Part shown: positions 1 to 9,927 of the stretch, in pieces
Layout of the letters: every line of letters begins with the position of its first letter
Position numbering within the stretch: position 1 is the first letter of the stretch
Assembly: GCA_027490305.1 (NCBI GenBank)
Contig: JAIXYI010000084.1
Coordinates: forward strand, 24,193-88,192
DNA length: 64,000 bases
Direction of reading: 5' to 3'
Source of the DNA: Flavobacteriaceae bacterium
GTDB lineage: Bacteria > Bacteroidota > Bacteroidia > Flavobacteriales > Flavobacteriaceae
Translations under genes and position numbers: made by a program
The notes under the pieces: generated by a model
What the model was told of the DNA's origin: nothing
Seen by the model: the letters and a program-made list of their open reading frames with translations, nothing else
Database searches by the model: none

Positions 1-759
1 AAAGCGTCCGGAAGTTTCGTTCGCGGCACATTGTACGGCTGAGAAGAGTCCGTCATAAGGCGAACCGCCACAGCCGGCCCACGTGTTGATCTGCATCCTT
101 TTACCATCGGCGCTATAGTCGTTGCCTTGTGTAGGAGCGGTCTGCGAGACATATAACTCGAACCAGGTATTGATGGATCCCAATCCTTTTACCCTCATAT
201 TCACCTCGTACGTTTTACCACCTTCTACCTGCACGGCTTGGAAGATACCCTGTTGATTCCAACCGCCACCCTGGATCGTCGCCCATTGGTTGGTGGCATC
301 ATACGACCAAGCGGTGCCACCGGCACTAATGGTTAGGATCTGGAATTGATTGTAATCTTCCAGAGTCTTGAATTTTCCTCCATGGATGAGGTTTCCGGCG
401 ATAGGATCTGCAGTGGTGACATTTAATGGCTGTTCAGCGGAAACGGAGGCGCCGCCAATTCCCGTTACCGTATGCCTGATGGTATAAGTATCAATATCCG
501 GGAGAAAAATATCGATATACTCTCCGGTGACCATGTCCGTTCCGCCTGTATTCCAAATATGCTTGATTGCGCCGTCATTGTTGTTGGCGGTCAGTCTGAA
601 TCGGTTGGCAGAGCCATCGATAGGGGTAATGGTAAAGGAAGCGTCCATTTGGCCTGTTTCGAGGCCATTGGTTCCCGACTCGTCAGGTGAACAGGATGAC
701 AAAAAGGCGACAAAGCCCAGAGCCATCATAAAGGAAAATCTTTTGAGTGTTGATCTCAT
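1..759 (-). CDS. PUL-associated surface lipoprotein (SusE/F-like; PKD/Ig-like then carbohydrate-binding-like domain), truncated by the window edge
   Basis: Hand translation from ATG at 759: MRSTLKRFSFMMALGFVAFLSSCSPDESGTNG..., open for 253 codons to base 1 with no stop. Lipobox LSSC. Starts 17 bp after the susD stop. Absent from the ORF track. Confidence 0.85.
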   Translation of the reverse strand, partial: MRSTLKRFSFMMALGFVAFLSSCSPDESGTNGLETGQMDASFTITPIDGSANRFRLTANNNDGAIKHIWNTGGTDMVTGEYIDIFLPDIDTYTIRHTVTGIGGASVSAEQPLNVTTADPIAGNLIHGGKFKTLEDYNQFQILTISAGGTAWSYDATNQWATIQGGGWNQQGIFQAVQVEGGKTYEVNMRVKGLGSINTWFELYVSQTAPTQGNDYSADGKRMQINTWAGCGGSPYDGLFSAVQCAANETSGRF

Positions 760-776
760 GTTTCTGATTTTAATGA

Positions 777-2300
777 TTAATTATAACCTGGATTCTGAAC
801 CAATTTCGTGTTGGCAATATCTTCAAAAGGCAATGGTAATACCTCATTCTTACCTGACTGGAAGCCGAATGGCACCAATGGAGCGGTGTTTTGTGTACGT
901 ACGAGGTCAAAGAAACGGTGACCTTCGCCGGCCAACTCCAGGCGACGCTCATTATAAATTGCTGACAGGGTAACTTGTGCGGCTGGCAGCGGCGCGAGTC
1001 CGACACGGTTACGAACCGCATTTACCAGGTCCCGGGCGCGATCTACGTTTCCGGTATGGACGAGTGCTTCCGCCTCCATGAGGTAGGTATCGGCAAGACG
1101 GATCCAGTAGGTATTCTGACGGTAATTCAACTCCGCATTTCCGCCTCCTGTAGATGTTTCTGTAGTAAGTGGCATGAATTTCTTCAGGAAGTAGCCGGTA
1201 TCCTGATCAGCAGCGGCGTAATCGGCCCGGTTTTGTGCTTTCAACGTTTTAAGGTCGAAGATTGTGGCGCTGAAACGCGGGTCACCCGACATTGCGTCGT
1301 AAAGACTTTGTGTAACGGTGTTGAAACTCCATCCTGAAATGTAAGATGGAATCGACATGTCCGAGCGGCTGAAGCCACGCGGTCCTACCATTTGATTGAC
1401 CGTATTTCCTTCGTCAGAACTTGAGCCCCAGTTACCCCATCCGGCGTTGCTAAGGTTGGTGTGCTGTACTTCAAGGATGGATTCTGTATTGAACTTATTG
1501 TTGATACTCCAGAGGCTAGCAAAGTCGGCTACCAATTTGTAACCATACATGCTGGTACCGCCCGGGGTACCATTTACATCCTGGAGTTGGGCGGCAGCTT
1601 CAGCCCATTTTTCCTCAAAGAGGTACACCTTGCCCAGTATAGCTTTGCCAGCTCCCTGCGTCAGCCTTCCGAGTTCACTGTTTGAAACTGTCGTTGGTAA
1701 ATCTCCCACGGCGGCAACCAACTCCGATTCGATAAAAGCATAAACATCTGCCTTACTCGCTTGTGGAATCTGATAGGCCTCAGTTGCGGAGATGGGAGCG
1801 GTAATAAGTGGGATGTTTCCAAACAGGTTTACTAGTTCGAAGTAGTAAAACGCCCGAAGTGTTCTCGCTTCTGCCAGGAACCTTGCTTTTTGCGTTTCAC
1901 TACTGAATGTCGCATCCGGTAACTTCGCGATAAGGACATTAGCCCGGGTTATGCCCCTGTAGTAATCGCCAAAGAAACTGCGGGGTACATTTAATTCGTT
2001 GATTGTGAAGTTGTCAAAACCGTGAATGCCCGCACCATCCGAAGGGCTACCGCCACCGGCGTAGAAATCGTCAGAGCCCGCATTCATCATGGTAATCATG
2101 TTCTCGAATCCGCCGGAGTTCTTCCGGAGAACATCATAGACGGACACGAGTCCTGAAAAACACTGTTCTTCATTTTTGTAATAATTCTCTTCGAAGAAAT
2201 TACCTTTTGGTGTTTCGCTGATGTCTTCAACACCACATCCAGTTGCGAGTGCCAATGCGGCACCGAAAAGGAGAAACTTGCTTTTTGTTAGTATTTTCAT
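777..2300 (-). CDS. susD: RagB/SusD family glycan-binding lipoprotein
   Basis: Lipobox LATGC, EARTLRAFYYFELVNLFGNIPL, IRLADTYLMEAEA, ERRLELAGEGHRFFDLVR; directly downstream of SusC. Confidence 0.95.
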   Translation of the reverse strand: MKILTKSKFLLFGAALALATGCGVEDISETPKGNFFEENYYKNEEQCFSGLVSVYDVLRKNSGGFENMITMMNAGSDDFYAGGGSPSDGAGIHGFDNFTINELNVPRSFFGDYYRGITRANVLIAKLPDATFSSETQKARFLAEARTLRAFYYFELVNLFGNIPLITAPISATEAYQIPQASKADVYAFIESELVAAVGDLPTTVSNSELGRLTQGAGKAILGKVYLFEEKWAEAAAQLQDVNGTPGGTSMYGYKLVADFASLWSINNKFNTESILEVQHTNLSNAGWGNWGSSSDEGNTVNQMVGPRGFSRSDMSIPSYISGWSFNTVTQSLYDAMSGDPRFSATIFDLKTLKAQNRADYAAADQDTGYFLKKFMPLTTETSTGGGNAELNYRQNTYWIRLADTYLMEAEALVHTGNVDRARDLVNAVRNRVGLAPLPAAQVTLSAIYNERRLELAGEGHRFFDLVRTQNTAPLVPFGFQSGKNEVLPLPFEDIANTKLVQNPGYN

Positions 2301-2312
2301 AGTTTAATTTTT

Positions 2313-5300
2313 TTAGAAATCAAGATTCACACCCAGGAAGTAACTCCGGGCCTGTGGATAAAATCCACGATCAATACCGACAGAGTTTCCACCACCAATT
2401 TCGGGATCATATCCGGTGTATTTTGTAAATGTGATGAGATTTTCTCCCATTAGGTAGATACGGGCGCGTGACAACCCTATCTGTGCAATAACGTCGGTAG
2501 GGAGCGAATAACCCAGTTGCATGGTTTTGATTCTCAGGTAGTCTCCGTCTTCCAAATAGAAATTTGAAGGTCGAGAAAAATTGGAGTTCGGATCGTCTTT
2601 AGTAAGACGCGGGAAGTCATTGGATGTTCCTTCACCCGTCCAACGCTGAAGGGCGTTCGCCTGGTAATTGGCATCGGCCAATTCGAGACGACGGAGGGCG
2701 TTGAAAATCTTGTTTCCGCCTGCGCCTTGGGCCATCATGTTGAAATCAAAGCTCTTATAAGAAACATTTACTGTAAAACCAAAGGTGTATTTTGGAAGCG
2801 ACTGCCCCAGTACTTTCCGGTCATCCGCATCGATTTCACCATCGCCAGAAATATCTTCCCAGATAAAATCCCCTGGTCGCGCATTTGGCAGTATCGGGTC
2901 TCCGGCAGCATTGACATAGCTGTCAATCTGCGCCTGGTTTTGGAATACGCCCAATGTATGGAAACCGTAGAATGCGCCGAAGGTGTCACCCACCTGTACT
3001 CTTTGCACTTCTCCCTGCATAGACTGTACTCCTCCGTTACCATAGAAATCAAGGGCGGGAGAGATGTAGTCAACCCGGTTTTTCATGACCGATAGGTTTC
3101 CTGAAAAGCCAACATTAAAATCTCCAAGTTTTTTGTTGTAACCCAGTTCGAAATCAACACCGTTGTTCGTTACATTACCCAAGTTTGCAAGAGGAGCGTC
3201 GAGTCCGAGATAACCTGGAACGGGCTGGCGTTGCAGAATTCCTTCCGTCTTGCTCTTCCATACATCTAAAGAGAAAGTCAATGATTGGAAAAAGGTTAAA
3301 TCAACGGCGATATTGCTTTTTGTTGTTTCTTCCCAGCGTAAGAATGGGTTTGCAGCACGCGTAATCGTGGAGCCTGTGTAAATAACCGGAGTGCCTCCAA
3401 AGGTATAGTTATATCCGCCGCCGATAAGAGAAGCATATCCAAAAGAGTCGGTTTTATCATTACCCGATACACCCCAACTACCGCGAAGTTTTAGTTGCGT
3501 CAGAATTTTGTTTTCCTTCCAGAAAGACTCTTTGCTTGGAACCCATCCGAAAGAGAACGATGGGAAGTAACCGTATTTCTCGCTGCTGCCGAATTGTGTG
3601 GACCCGTCCCGACGGATGAACCCCTGAAATAGGTAGCGTTCTTTGAAATCGTATGTTAATCGGGCAAACAATGAGGTTAATTTCACGTCAGGCGCCGTGT
3701 AAGCATACGTCGTCCTATTCGCATCAGGTACAGCAAAATTAAAGGATGCGTCTTTCCAAGAGTCGACAGGAATATCCTTGTACGTCTGGCCGCTTCCTCG
3801 TTCGCCCTGATTCACGTAGTAACCCTGTCCAACAAGCACGCTAATGTTGTGGTCGGATATCTTACGCTCGTATGTGGCGGTATTTTCAATGCTCCAGAAA
3901 AAATTGCTGGCATTATTACGAGAAATGTTGTTAATGTCGTTGTTGCCCGGAGGTCCGCTATTGAAGTAGTATTCAGGCGTAAAGGACTCGCCTCCATAAA
4001 AGGCTTGTTTTCCAGATACCGTGCTCCTTAGTTTCAAACCTTCTATCGGGGCTGCTTCGAGGTAAAAGTTTCCAAAAATATTTTGGGCGAACCCATAACC
4101 TCCACGGCGTGTTTCCTGATAGGCAAGGGGGTTGGCCATTTCATTTGTTACAAGCGTTGAGATACCATAAGGATTTCCGTTGGCATCGCGAATAATACCA
4201 TTTTCCCCAGACGGCCCACCATAAGGGAAAGCGCCTGCGACCGCGGGGTCTGTGATGACCAGCGGAGTTATCGGATCGAGGTTGAGTGCTGATGATAATG
4301 GTCCACCAAACTCGCTATTAGTATTTCCGATCCCGCGGTTACGCTCTACGGTAAAGCTGGCGGTTTGACCAAAAGTGAAATACTTACCAAGTTTGTGATC
4401 AGAATTCAGTCGAACTGTTTTTCGTTGATAACGGGAAATGTCTGGTAGGACGATACCTTCCTGATCTACCAGGCTAAACGAGGCGTAGAATTTTGAGGTA
4501 TCGTTTCCTCCACTGAGGCTAAAACTCTGCGACTGGCGCGCTGCTTTTTGGAATATCACATCCTGCCAGTCCGTACCGCGACCGAATATTGTAGGGTCAG
4601 GATACGTAATGGCGCGTCCGTCGTTGACTTCTCGTTCATTTATAAGGGTAGCATATTCTGTGGCATTCAATACATCCACGCGGCGAGAGGCTTCGGAGAA
4701 ACCGGTAAAACCGTTGTACTTAACCGTCAGCTTCCCGGATTTTCCTTTTTTGGTTGTAATAAGGATGACCCCCTGCGCTGCCCGTGTACCGTAAACTGAT
4801 GCCGAGGCGTCTTTCAATACTTCTACAGACTCGATGTCATATTGGTTTAAAACTTGAACACCGGACGGCTCTACAATAATGCCATCAACAACGTAGAGTG
4901 GGTCGTTATTGTTGAGTGTCGATGTACCCCGAATCCGTATCGTTGCGTTACTTCCGGGCTGACCTGAGTTAGAGGCCACGTATACCCCTGAGGTACGGCC
5001 CTGCAAAGTCTGCTCGATACGTGTCACGGGCTGGCCTTCCAGGTCTTTGGCTTTTACCTTAGAAATCGCACCCGTTACCACACTCTTTTTCTGTGTGCCG
5101 TACCCGATTACAACTACCTCATTAAGGCTTTCGGTTTCGGGCATCAGTCGAACGTCGATGCTACGACGGTCTAGAATGGTTTCTTCTTTCGCCTGGTAAC
5201 CTACAAAAGAAAAAACAAGAGTGGCGTTGGCATCCGCCGTAATCTGGAATTTACCGTCCAGATCGGTTGATGTACCGTTTGTGGAGCCTTTCACCACCAC

Positions 5301-5423
5301 ACTGGCACTTGGGATGGGCATCCCGGTTTCGTCTGTCACCGTTCCTGATACCGTCACGCTCTGACTGAACGCCACCATCGAGAACAATGAAAAACAAAAT
5401 ACAAGTAGTTTTGTCAATTTCAT
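2313..5423 (-). CDS. susC: SusC/RagA family TonB-dependent transporter
   Basis: N-terminal GTVTDETG carboxypeptidase-regulatory-like domain, VVVIGYGTQKK, plug IRIRG...PLYVVDG, KDASASVYGTRAAQGVILITTKKG, C-terminal YPQARSYFLGVNLDF. Confidence 0.96.
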   Translation of the reverse strand: MKLTKLLVFCFSLFSMVAFSQSVTVSGTVTDETGMPIPSASVVVKGSTNGTSTDLDGKFQITADANATLVFSFVGYQAKEETILDRRSIDVRLMPETESLNEVVVIGYGTQKKSVVTGAISKVKAKDLEGQPVTRIEQTLQGRTSGVYVASNSGQPGSNATIRIRGTSTLNNNDPLYVVDGIIVEPSGVQVLNQYDIESVEVLKDASASVYGTRAAQGVILITTKKGKSGKLTVKYNGFTGFSEASRRVDVLNATEYATLINEREVNDGRAITYPDPTIFGRGTDWQDVIFQKAARQSQSFSLSGGNDTSKFYASFSLVDQEGIVLPDISRYQRKTVRLNSDHKLGKYFTFGQTASFTVERNRGIGNTNSEFGGPLSSALNLDPITPLVITDPAVAGAFPYGGPSGENGIIRDANGNPYGISTLVTNEMANPLAYQETRRGGYGFAQNIFGNFYLEAAPIEGLKLRSTVSGKQAFYGGESFTPEYYFNSGPPGNNDINNISRNNASNFFWSIENTATYERKISDHNISVLVGQGYYVNQGERGSGQTYKDIPVDSWKDASFNFAVPDANRTTYAYTAPDVKLTSLFARLTYDFKERYLFQGFIRRDGSTQFGSSEKYGYFPSFSFGWVPSKESFWKENKILTQLKLRGSWGVSGNDKTDSFGYASLIGGGYNYTFGGTPVIYTGSTITRAANPFLRWEETTKSNIAVDLTFFQSLTFSLDVWKSKTEGILQRQPVPGYLGLDAPLANLGNVTNNGVDFELGYNKKLGDFNVGFSGNLSVMKNRVDYISPALDFYGNGGVQSMQGEVQRVQVGDTFGAFYGFHTLGVFQNQAQIDSYVNAAGDPILPNARPGDFIWEDISGDGEIDADDRKVLGQSLPKYTFGFTVNVSYKSFDFNMMAQGAGGNKIFNALRRLELADANYQANALQRWTGEGTSNDFPRLTKDDPNSNFSRPSNFYLEDGDYLRIKTMQLGYSLPTDVIAQIGLSRARIYLMGENLITFTKYTGYDPEIGGGNSVGIDRGFYPQARSYFLGVNLDF

Positions 5424-5462
5424 ATTTCTGAAATTTTGGGTTGGTTAATTATTGATTTGACG

Positions 5463-5470
5463 CAATAATA
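5463..5470 (-). promoter_or_regulatory. Probable degenerate -7 promoter element of susC (TATTATTG)
   Basis: One mismatch to TAnnTTTG, about 40 nt upstream of the susC ATG and 32 nt downstream of the direct repeats; no good -33 TTG, as expected for an activator-dependent promoter. Confidence 0.45.
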
Positions 5471-5502
5471 CTATCTATTTTAGAAACCTCGCATCTAATT
5501 TT

Positions 5503-5553
5503 CTTTACAAAAACACATCAGTCAATTTATTTTTGCTTTACAAAAACACATCA
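5503..5553. promoter_or_regulatory. Perfect 18-bp direct repeat CTTTACAAAAACACATCA (33-bp period), candidate regulator binding site
   Basis: Copies at 5503-5520 and 5536-5553 in the AT-rich gap between divergent susC and the membrane regulator. Confidence 0.7.
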
Positions 5554-5745
5554 AACTAATTTTAAGTTATTATAAATCAATTATATATTATTAAATTTTA
5601 TATGTTATTTAAAAGTTAATGACGTGTTTTTAACCCTACAATCGTACTTTTAGGACAAATTCGGCTTATAGCGGTTTTTTGGCCCGTTTTTGGGCGATTT
5701 CCGAAAACGTTTGAACTGCTATTTGTTCGTTAAATATTTGAGATT

Positions 5746-8634
5746 TTGATAAGGATTTACCGGTCTTCAGTTGTTAAGTATGCGGCATTTGTGGCGTTTC
5801 TGCTGCTTTTTCAAACGTTTGCGGAAGCGCAGATCAAGTCGATCGGGCTTCCTGAAATACGGAATTACCGAAAATCGGAGTATGGAGGCGCCACCCAAAA
5901 CTGGTGCGCCGACCAAGATCGCAACGGTAACCTGTACTTTGCCAATAATAATGGCTTATTGCAGTTTGATGGGTCGTCGTGGACACTTTATCCGCTTCCT
6001 GAACGTCCTGCGGTGCGGTCGTTGAAGGTCGGCAAGAACGATCGGATATATGTAGGCGGCTACAATGAGTTCGGGTATTTTGCGGCCGGTGTAAATGGGA
6101 AACTTACCTACCATTCGTTGTCAAAACGACTTGCAAAAGAGTCTCGCGACCTAATCGACTTTATCTGGAAGATCCACACATCCGGCGATGAAGTCATATT
6201 TCAGGCATTTACGTCTATCTATAGCTATAAAGAGGATAAACTTCGCTTGGTCGACGCACCCGAGCGGTTCCAGTTTTCGTTTTTGGTTGAAGGACAACTC
6301 TATGTGCAGGACATGAAGAACGGGCTCATGCGCTACCGTGAAGGCCTGTTGTCAGCACTTCCCGGCACGACCGATCTCAACAACACCGAGGTCTGGGGTA
6401 TGTTTCAGATTAAGGGCGATCAGCTTCTCATAACCACCATCGACAAGGGGCTTTTTGTCTATCAGGCCGGACGGCTTCGCCCTTGGACAACGGAGGCCAA
6501 TGATTTTATGCGCCGGAACAGTTGCTTGGGTGGCGCGGCAATCGCTGACCGTTTCATTGCCCTGAATTCGGTTTCCGATGGGGTAATTGTGGTGGATTAC
6601 GACGGCCATATCATCCAACATATCAATCGAAAGAAAGGACTTCAGAACAATACGATTTTGGGCTCATTTGTTGATTCAGCAGACAATCTTTGGTTGGCGC
6701 TGGACAATGGAGTTACGTTCGTAAATGAAAACTCGTCCTTCACGTTTTTCGGCTTCAGCTACGAACTCAGTTCGGTTTACGCTTCTGTTATTTATGATGG
6801 ACGCCTGTACGTAGCGACCAATCGCGGCGTCTATGTGCACGACTGGAGCGTTCCGTTCCGGCAGGATACGTTTGAATTGGTAGAAGGCACCACCGGGCAG
6901 GCTTGGAGTCTCACCGTCATCGACGGGGAGTTACTGTGTGGACACAACCGCGGTGCGCTGGTATTGAAGGGCAATCGCGTGGTTAGGGTCATCGATTCAA
7001 AAGGATATTGGTGCTTCCGCAAGCTTCCTTCGCGCCCTAACGTCATGATGGGGGCGAATTACAGTGGGTTTGGTATTTTCGAACGCACACCTTCTGGGTG
7101 GAAGCTGGTGAACCATGTAGCCGGTTTTGATAAGTCAACAGGCACTTTTGAAATGGATGACCGCTTTGCGTGGTTCCGGAAGGACGGCCAGTTATTCCAA
7201 ATGCAGCTTTCAGAGGATCTGAGTCGATTTAAGTCTATAAAGGTCTATAACTCGCTTTCTTCAAAAGACAAAGGGATCGGCGGTGTTCAGGCAATCGGTG
7301 GAAAGATCTATTTCCACGTCAACAATCATTTTTATACGTATTCGCGGCAGGAAGATACCTTCAGACCCGAGCAGTACTACACCGAACTCTTTTCGAAAGT
7401 ACCACCCACCCGGAGTATATTTGAGGATGCGGAAGGTAATATTTGGTACATATACGGAGAGTCGATTGGAGCGTTCATGCGCAGTGGTGCCGGCTATACC
7501 CACGTAAGCGAACCTTTCTCGAACCTGAAAGGGGAACTCGTTGCCAATTATGAAAATGTGTATACCTCTGGACCCAATAATATCTTCATCGGATTGGCAG
7601 AGGGATTGGTGCACTACGATTCCGGACTACAGCGGAATTTCAACGATCGTTCCGCGGCTTATGTTCGGAGCTTTACTTTCGGTGACGAAGTGCGTATTTT
7701 CGGAAACGGTCCGAAGCGCGCGGCCGAATATGATTTGTCGTATAATCAGAACAATGTGAAGTTCACGTTTTCGGCCCCGATTTATGAAGGTAGGGAAAAC
7801 GTCATGTTCTCGTATAAACTGGAAGGGTTTGATGGAAAATGGAGTCCGTGGTCACGCGGTTCCGTAAAGGAGTACACGAATTTACACGAAGGCGACTACC
7901 GAATGCTGGTTCGGGTGCGCAACAGTTTCGGGGTCGTCTCCGCTGCCACAGCACTTCCGTTTCATGTGGCGCCACCCTGGTACCGACATCCACTGGCATA
8001 CGTCGTATACATTATATTGGCTGTACTGGCATTCTACTATATCCGTATTCGCATATCGGCCCACATCCGCCGTAACAAATATTATGAAACGCTGGAGCAG
8101 CGACGTCTCTATCTCGAAAAAGAAGCGCGGATCCGTCAGGAGCAGTATGAGTTGGAGAAAGAGATTGAACGACTTAAGAATGAACGACTTCGAATCAGTT
8201 TGCTCACGAAAGACAAAGAGTTGGTCAACAATTCGCTCCAGGTAGTGAAGAAGAATAAAATACTGAACGGCATCATCCAGAAGATCAAAGACATCGATGC
8301 CGAAAGACTAGATGAAGGTGCGCGGTCACAGATCAGCCGCATCCACAAGAGTATTACCAAAGAAGTGAGTGCCGACAAGAGTTGGAAAGACCTTGAAAAG
8401 CATATTCGAAACGTGCATTTCGACTTTCTAAAGCGACTGAAAGAACAATTTCCGACCATTTCACCACGCGAACTCGACCTCGCTACCTATCTTTTGATGA
8501 ATATGTCGACGAAGGAAATCGCAGAGGTAATGAATATCTCGCAAGGAGGGGTCGAACTCGCTCGTTACCGTCTGCGCAAGAAACTCGGGCTGACTAAAAA
8601 AGAGAACTTGGTAGGCTTCCTGATGAGTATTTAA
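5746..8634 (+). CDS. Membrane-spanning one-component regulator: beta-propeller sensor + Y_Y_Y domain + TM + coiled coil + LuxR-type HTH
   Basis: GATQNWCADQDRNGNLYFAN propeller repeats, YKLEGFDGKWS...YTNLHEGDY (YYY), TM at PWYRHPLAYVVYIILAV, C-terminal SPRELDLATYLLMNMSTKEIAEVMNIS...RYRLRKKL. No kinase or receiver motifs. TTG start uncertain. Confidence 0.88.
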   Translation: MIRIYRSSVVKYAAFVAFLLLFQTFAEAQIKSIGLPEIRNYRKSEYGGATQNWCADQDRNGNLYFANNNGLLQFDGSSWTLYPLPERPAVRSLKVGKNDRIYVGGYNEFGYFAAGVNGKLTYHSLSKRLAKESRDLIDFIWKIHTSGDEVIFQAFTSIYSYKEDKLRLVDAPERFQFSFLVEGQLYVQDMKNGLMRYREGLLSALPGTTDLNNTEVWGMFQIKGDQLLITTIDKGLFVYQAGRLRPWTTEANDFMRRNSCLGGAAIADRFIALNSVSDGVIVVDYDGHIIQHINRKKGLQNNTILGSFVDSADNLWLALDNGVTFVNENSSFTFFGFSYELSSVYASVIYDGRLYVATNRGVYVHDWSVPFRQDTFELVEGTTGQAWSLTVIDGELLCGHNRGALVLKGNRVVRVIDSKGYWCFRKLPSRPNVMMGANYSGFGIFERTPSGWKLVNHVAGFDKSTGTFEMDDRFAWFRKDGQLFQMQLSEDLSRFKSIKVYNSLSSKDKGIGGVQAIGGKIYFHVNNHFYTYSRQEDTFRPEQYYTELFSKVPPTRSIFEDAEGNIWYIYGESIGAFMRSGAGYTHVSEPFSNLKGELVANYENVYTSGPNNIFIGLAEGLVHYDSGLQRNFNDRSAAYVRSFTFGDEVRIFGNGPKRAAEYDLSYNQNNVKFTFSAPIYEGRENVMFSYKLEGFDGKWSPWSRGSVKEYTNLHEGDYRMLVRVRNSFGVVSAATALPFHVAPPWYRHPLAYVVYIILAVLAFYYIRIRISAHIRRNKYYETLEQRRLYLEKEARIRQEQYELEKEIERLKNERLRISLLTKDKELVNNSLQVVKKNKILNGIIQKIKDIDAERLDEGARSQISRIHKSITKEVSADKSWKDLEKHIRNVHFDFLKRLKEQFPTISPRELDLATYLLMNMSTKEIAEVMNISQGGVELARYRLRKKLGLTKKENLVGFLMSI

Positions 8635-9911
8635 AGGACGTCCATCAAGCGTTCCAATGCCATGCCCCGGGAGCCCTTGATCAGCAGGGTCGTATTCGTC
8701 GGCGCGTGCTTTCGGATATAGGCCGCTGCCGAATCGAAGTCGGCAAAAAAGGTTTGTCCGGATGCCTCTTCCTGATGTTCGAAGAAGCTCTTGCCGATGA
8801 ATAGTGCCGGTACTCCTAATTCGCCGGTCAGCAATACGATATCCCGATGCTCCTCGCGGCTTTCGGTTCCCAATTCGAACATATCTCCCAACACGGCATA
8901 TTTCGTTTTCTTATTGAGGGCGGAAAGGTTTCGGAGCGCCTCGCGCATGCTGCTTGGATTGGCGTTATAGGCATCGAGTATGATGTCGTTCGAGCCTTTC
9001 TTTACAATCTGTGATCGGTTGTTTGAAGGCACATATCCTTCAATCCCCGCCTTTATCAACGCATCGGGAATATCAAAATGGCGGCCTATAACGATGGCGG
9101 CATGTATGTTTGAAGCGTTGTAAAGGCCGATAAGATGCGAGTGTATTTCAGTGGCGCCGTACGATGTAACGACAAAAGGGTCGGCTACGGGCGTATGGAA
9201 TACCACATCCGCTTCGGAAACATTTGTGCCAAACGTAATACGCCGTAATTGAGTGGATTTTTCATTCTGGATGGGGTCGTCGAGATTGATGATGGCCGTT
9301 TTATGTCCTTTGCCCAGGTACTCATACAATTCGCTTTTCCCTTTAATAACACCTTCAAAGCCGCCGAAGCCTTCTAAATGCGCTTTACCGAAATTCGTGA
9401 TGTATCCGTAATCAGGCGTTGCGATCGAGCACAGAAACTCGATTTCTTTTTGGTGGTTGGCACCCATTTCCACAATCCCGATTTCGGTGTCGTCCGAAAA
9501 CGAAAGCAGCGTGAGGGGCACGCCAATATGGTTGTTCAGATTGCCCACAGTAGCGTGTGCGTTGTACTGTTGTTTCAGTACGGCATGAATCAGCTCTTTG
9601 GTAGTGGTCTTGCCATTGCTTCCGGTTAGCGCTATGATTGGTATATTGAGATAATTCCGGTGATAGGCCGCGAGTTCCTGCAACGCGGTTAGGGCGTCTT
9701 CCACAAGTAGGGTGCGAGGACCGGTCTGGTACGTGGGGTTGTCGATGACGGCATACGAAGCCCCTTTTGAAAGCGCGTCATTTGCAAATGTATTGGCATC
9801 GAAGTTGGCTCCTTTCAAAGCAAAGAACATAGAGCCGTCGCCGATTTTCCGGGTGTCGGTGGATATGCCGTTACAATCCAGGAAAAGGCGGTGTAAATCT
9901 TGTATTTCCAT
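8631..9911 (-). CDS. murF: UDP-N-acetylmuramoyl-tripeptide--D-Ala-D-Ala ligase
   Basis: STDTRKI, LTGSNGKTTTKE P-loop, GNLNNHIGVPLT, DAYNANPSSM, LIKGSRGMALE. Confidence 0.96.
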   Translation of the reverse strand: MEIQDLHRLFLDCNGISTDTRKIGDGSMFFALKGANFDANTFANDALSKGASYAVIDNPTYQTGPRTLLVEDALTALQELAAYHRNYLNIPIIALTGSNGKTTTKELIHAVLKQQYNAHATVGNLNNHIGVPLTLLSFSDDTEIGIVEMGANHQKEIEFLCSIATPDYGYITNFGKAHLEGFGGFEGVIKGKSELYEYLGKGHKTAIINLDDPIQNEKSTQLRRITFGTNVSEADVVFHTPVADPFVVTSYGATEIHSHLIGLYNASNIHAAIVIGRHFDIPDALIKAGIEGYVPSNNRSQIVKKGSNDIILDAYNANPSSMREALRNLSALNKKTKYAVLGDMFELGTESREEHRDIVLLTGELGVPALFIGKSFFEHQEEASGQTFFADFDSAAAYIRKHAPTNTTLLIKGSRGMALERLMDVL

Positions 9912-9919
9912 AAGAGAAA

Positions 9920-9927
9920 CAAAAATA
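9920..9927 (-). promoter_or_regulatory. -7 element TATTTTTG for murF, overlapping the gldJ terminator tail
   Basis: Exact TAnnTTTG match on the minus strand, 8 nt before the murF ATG. Confidence 0.55.
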
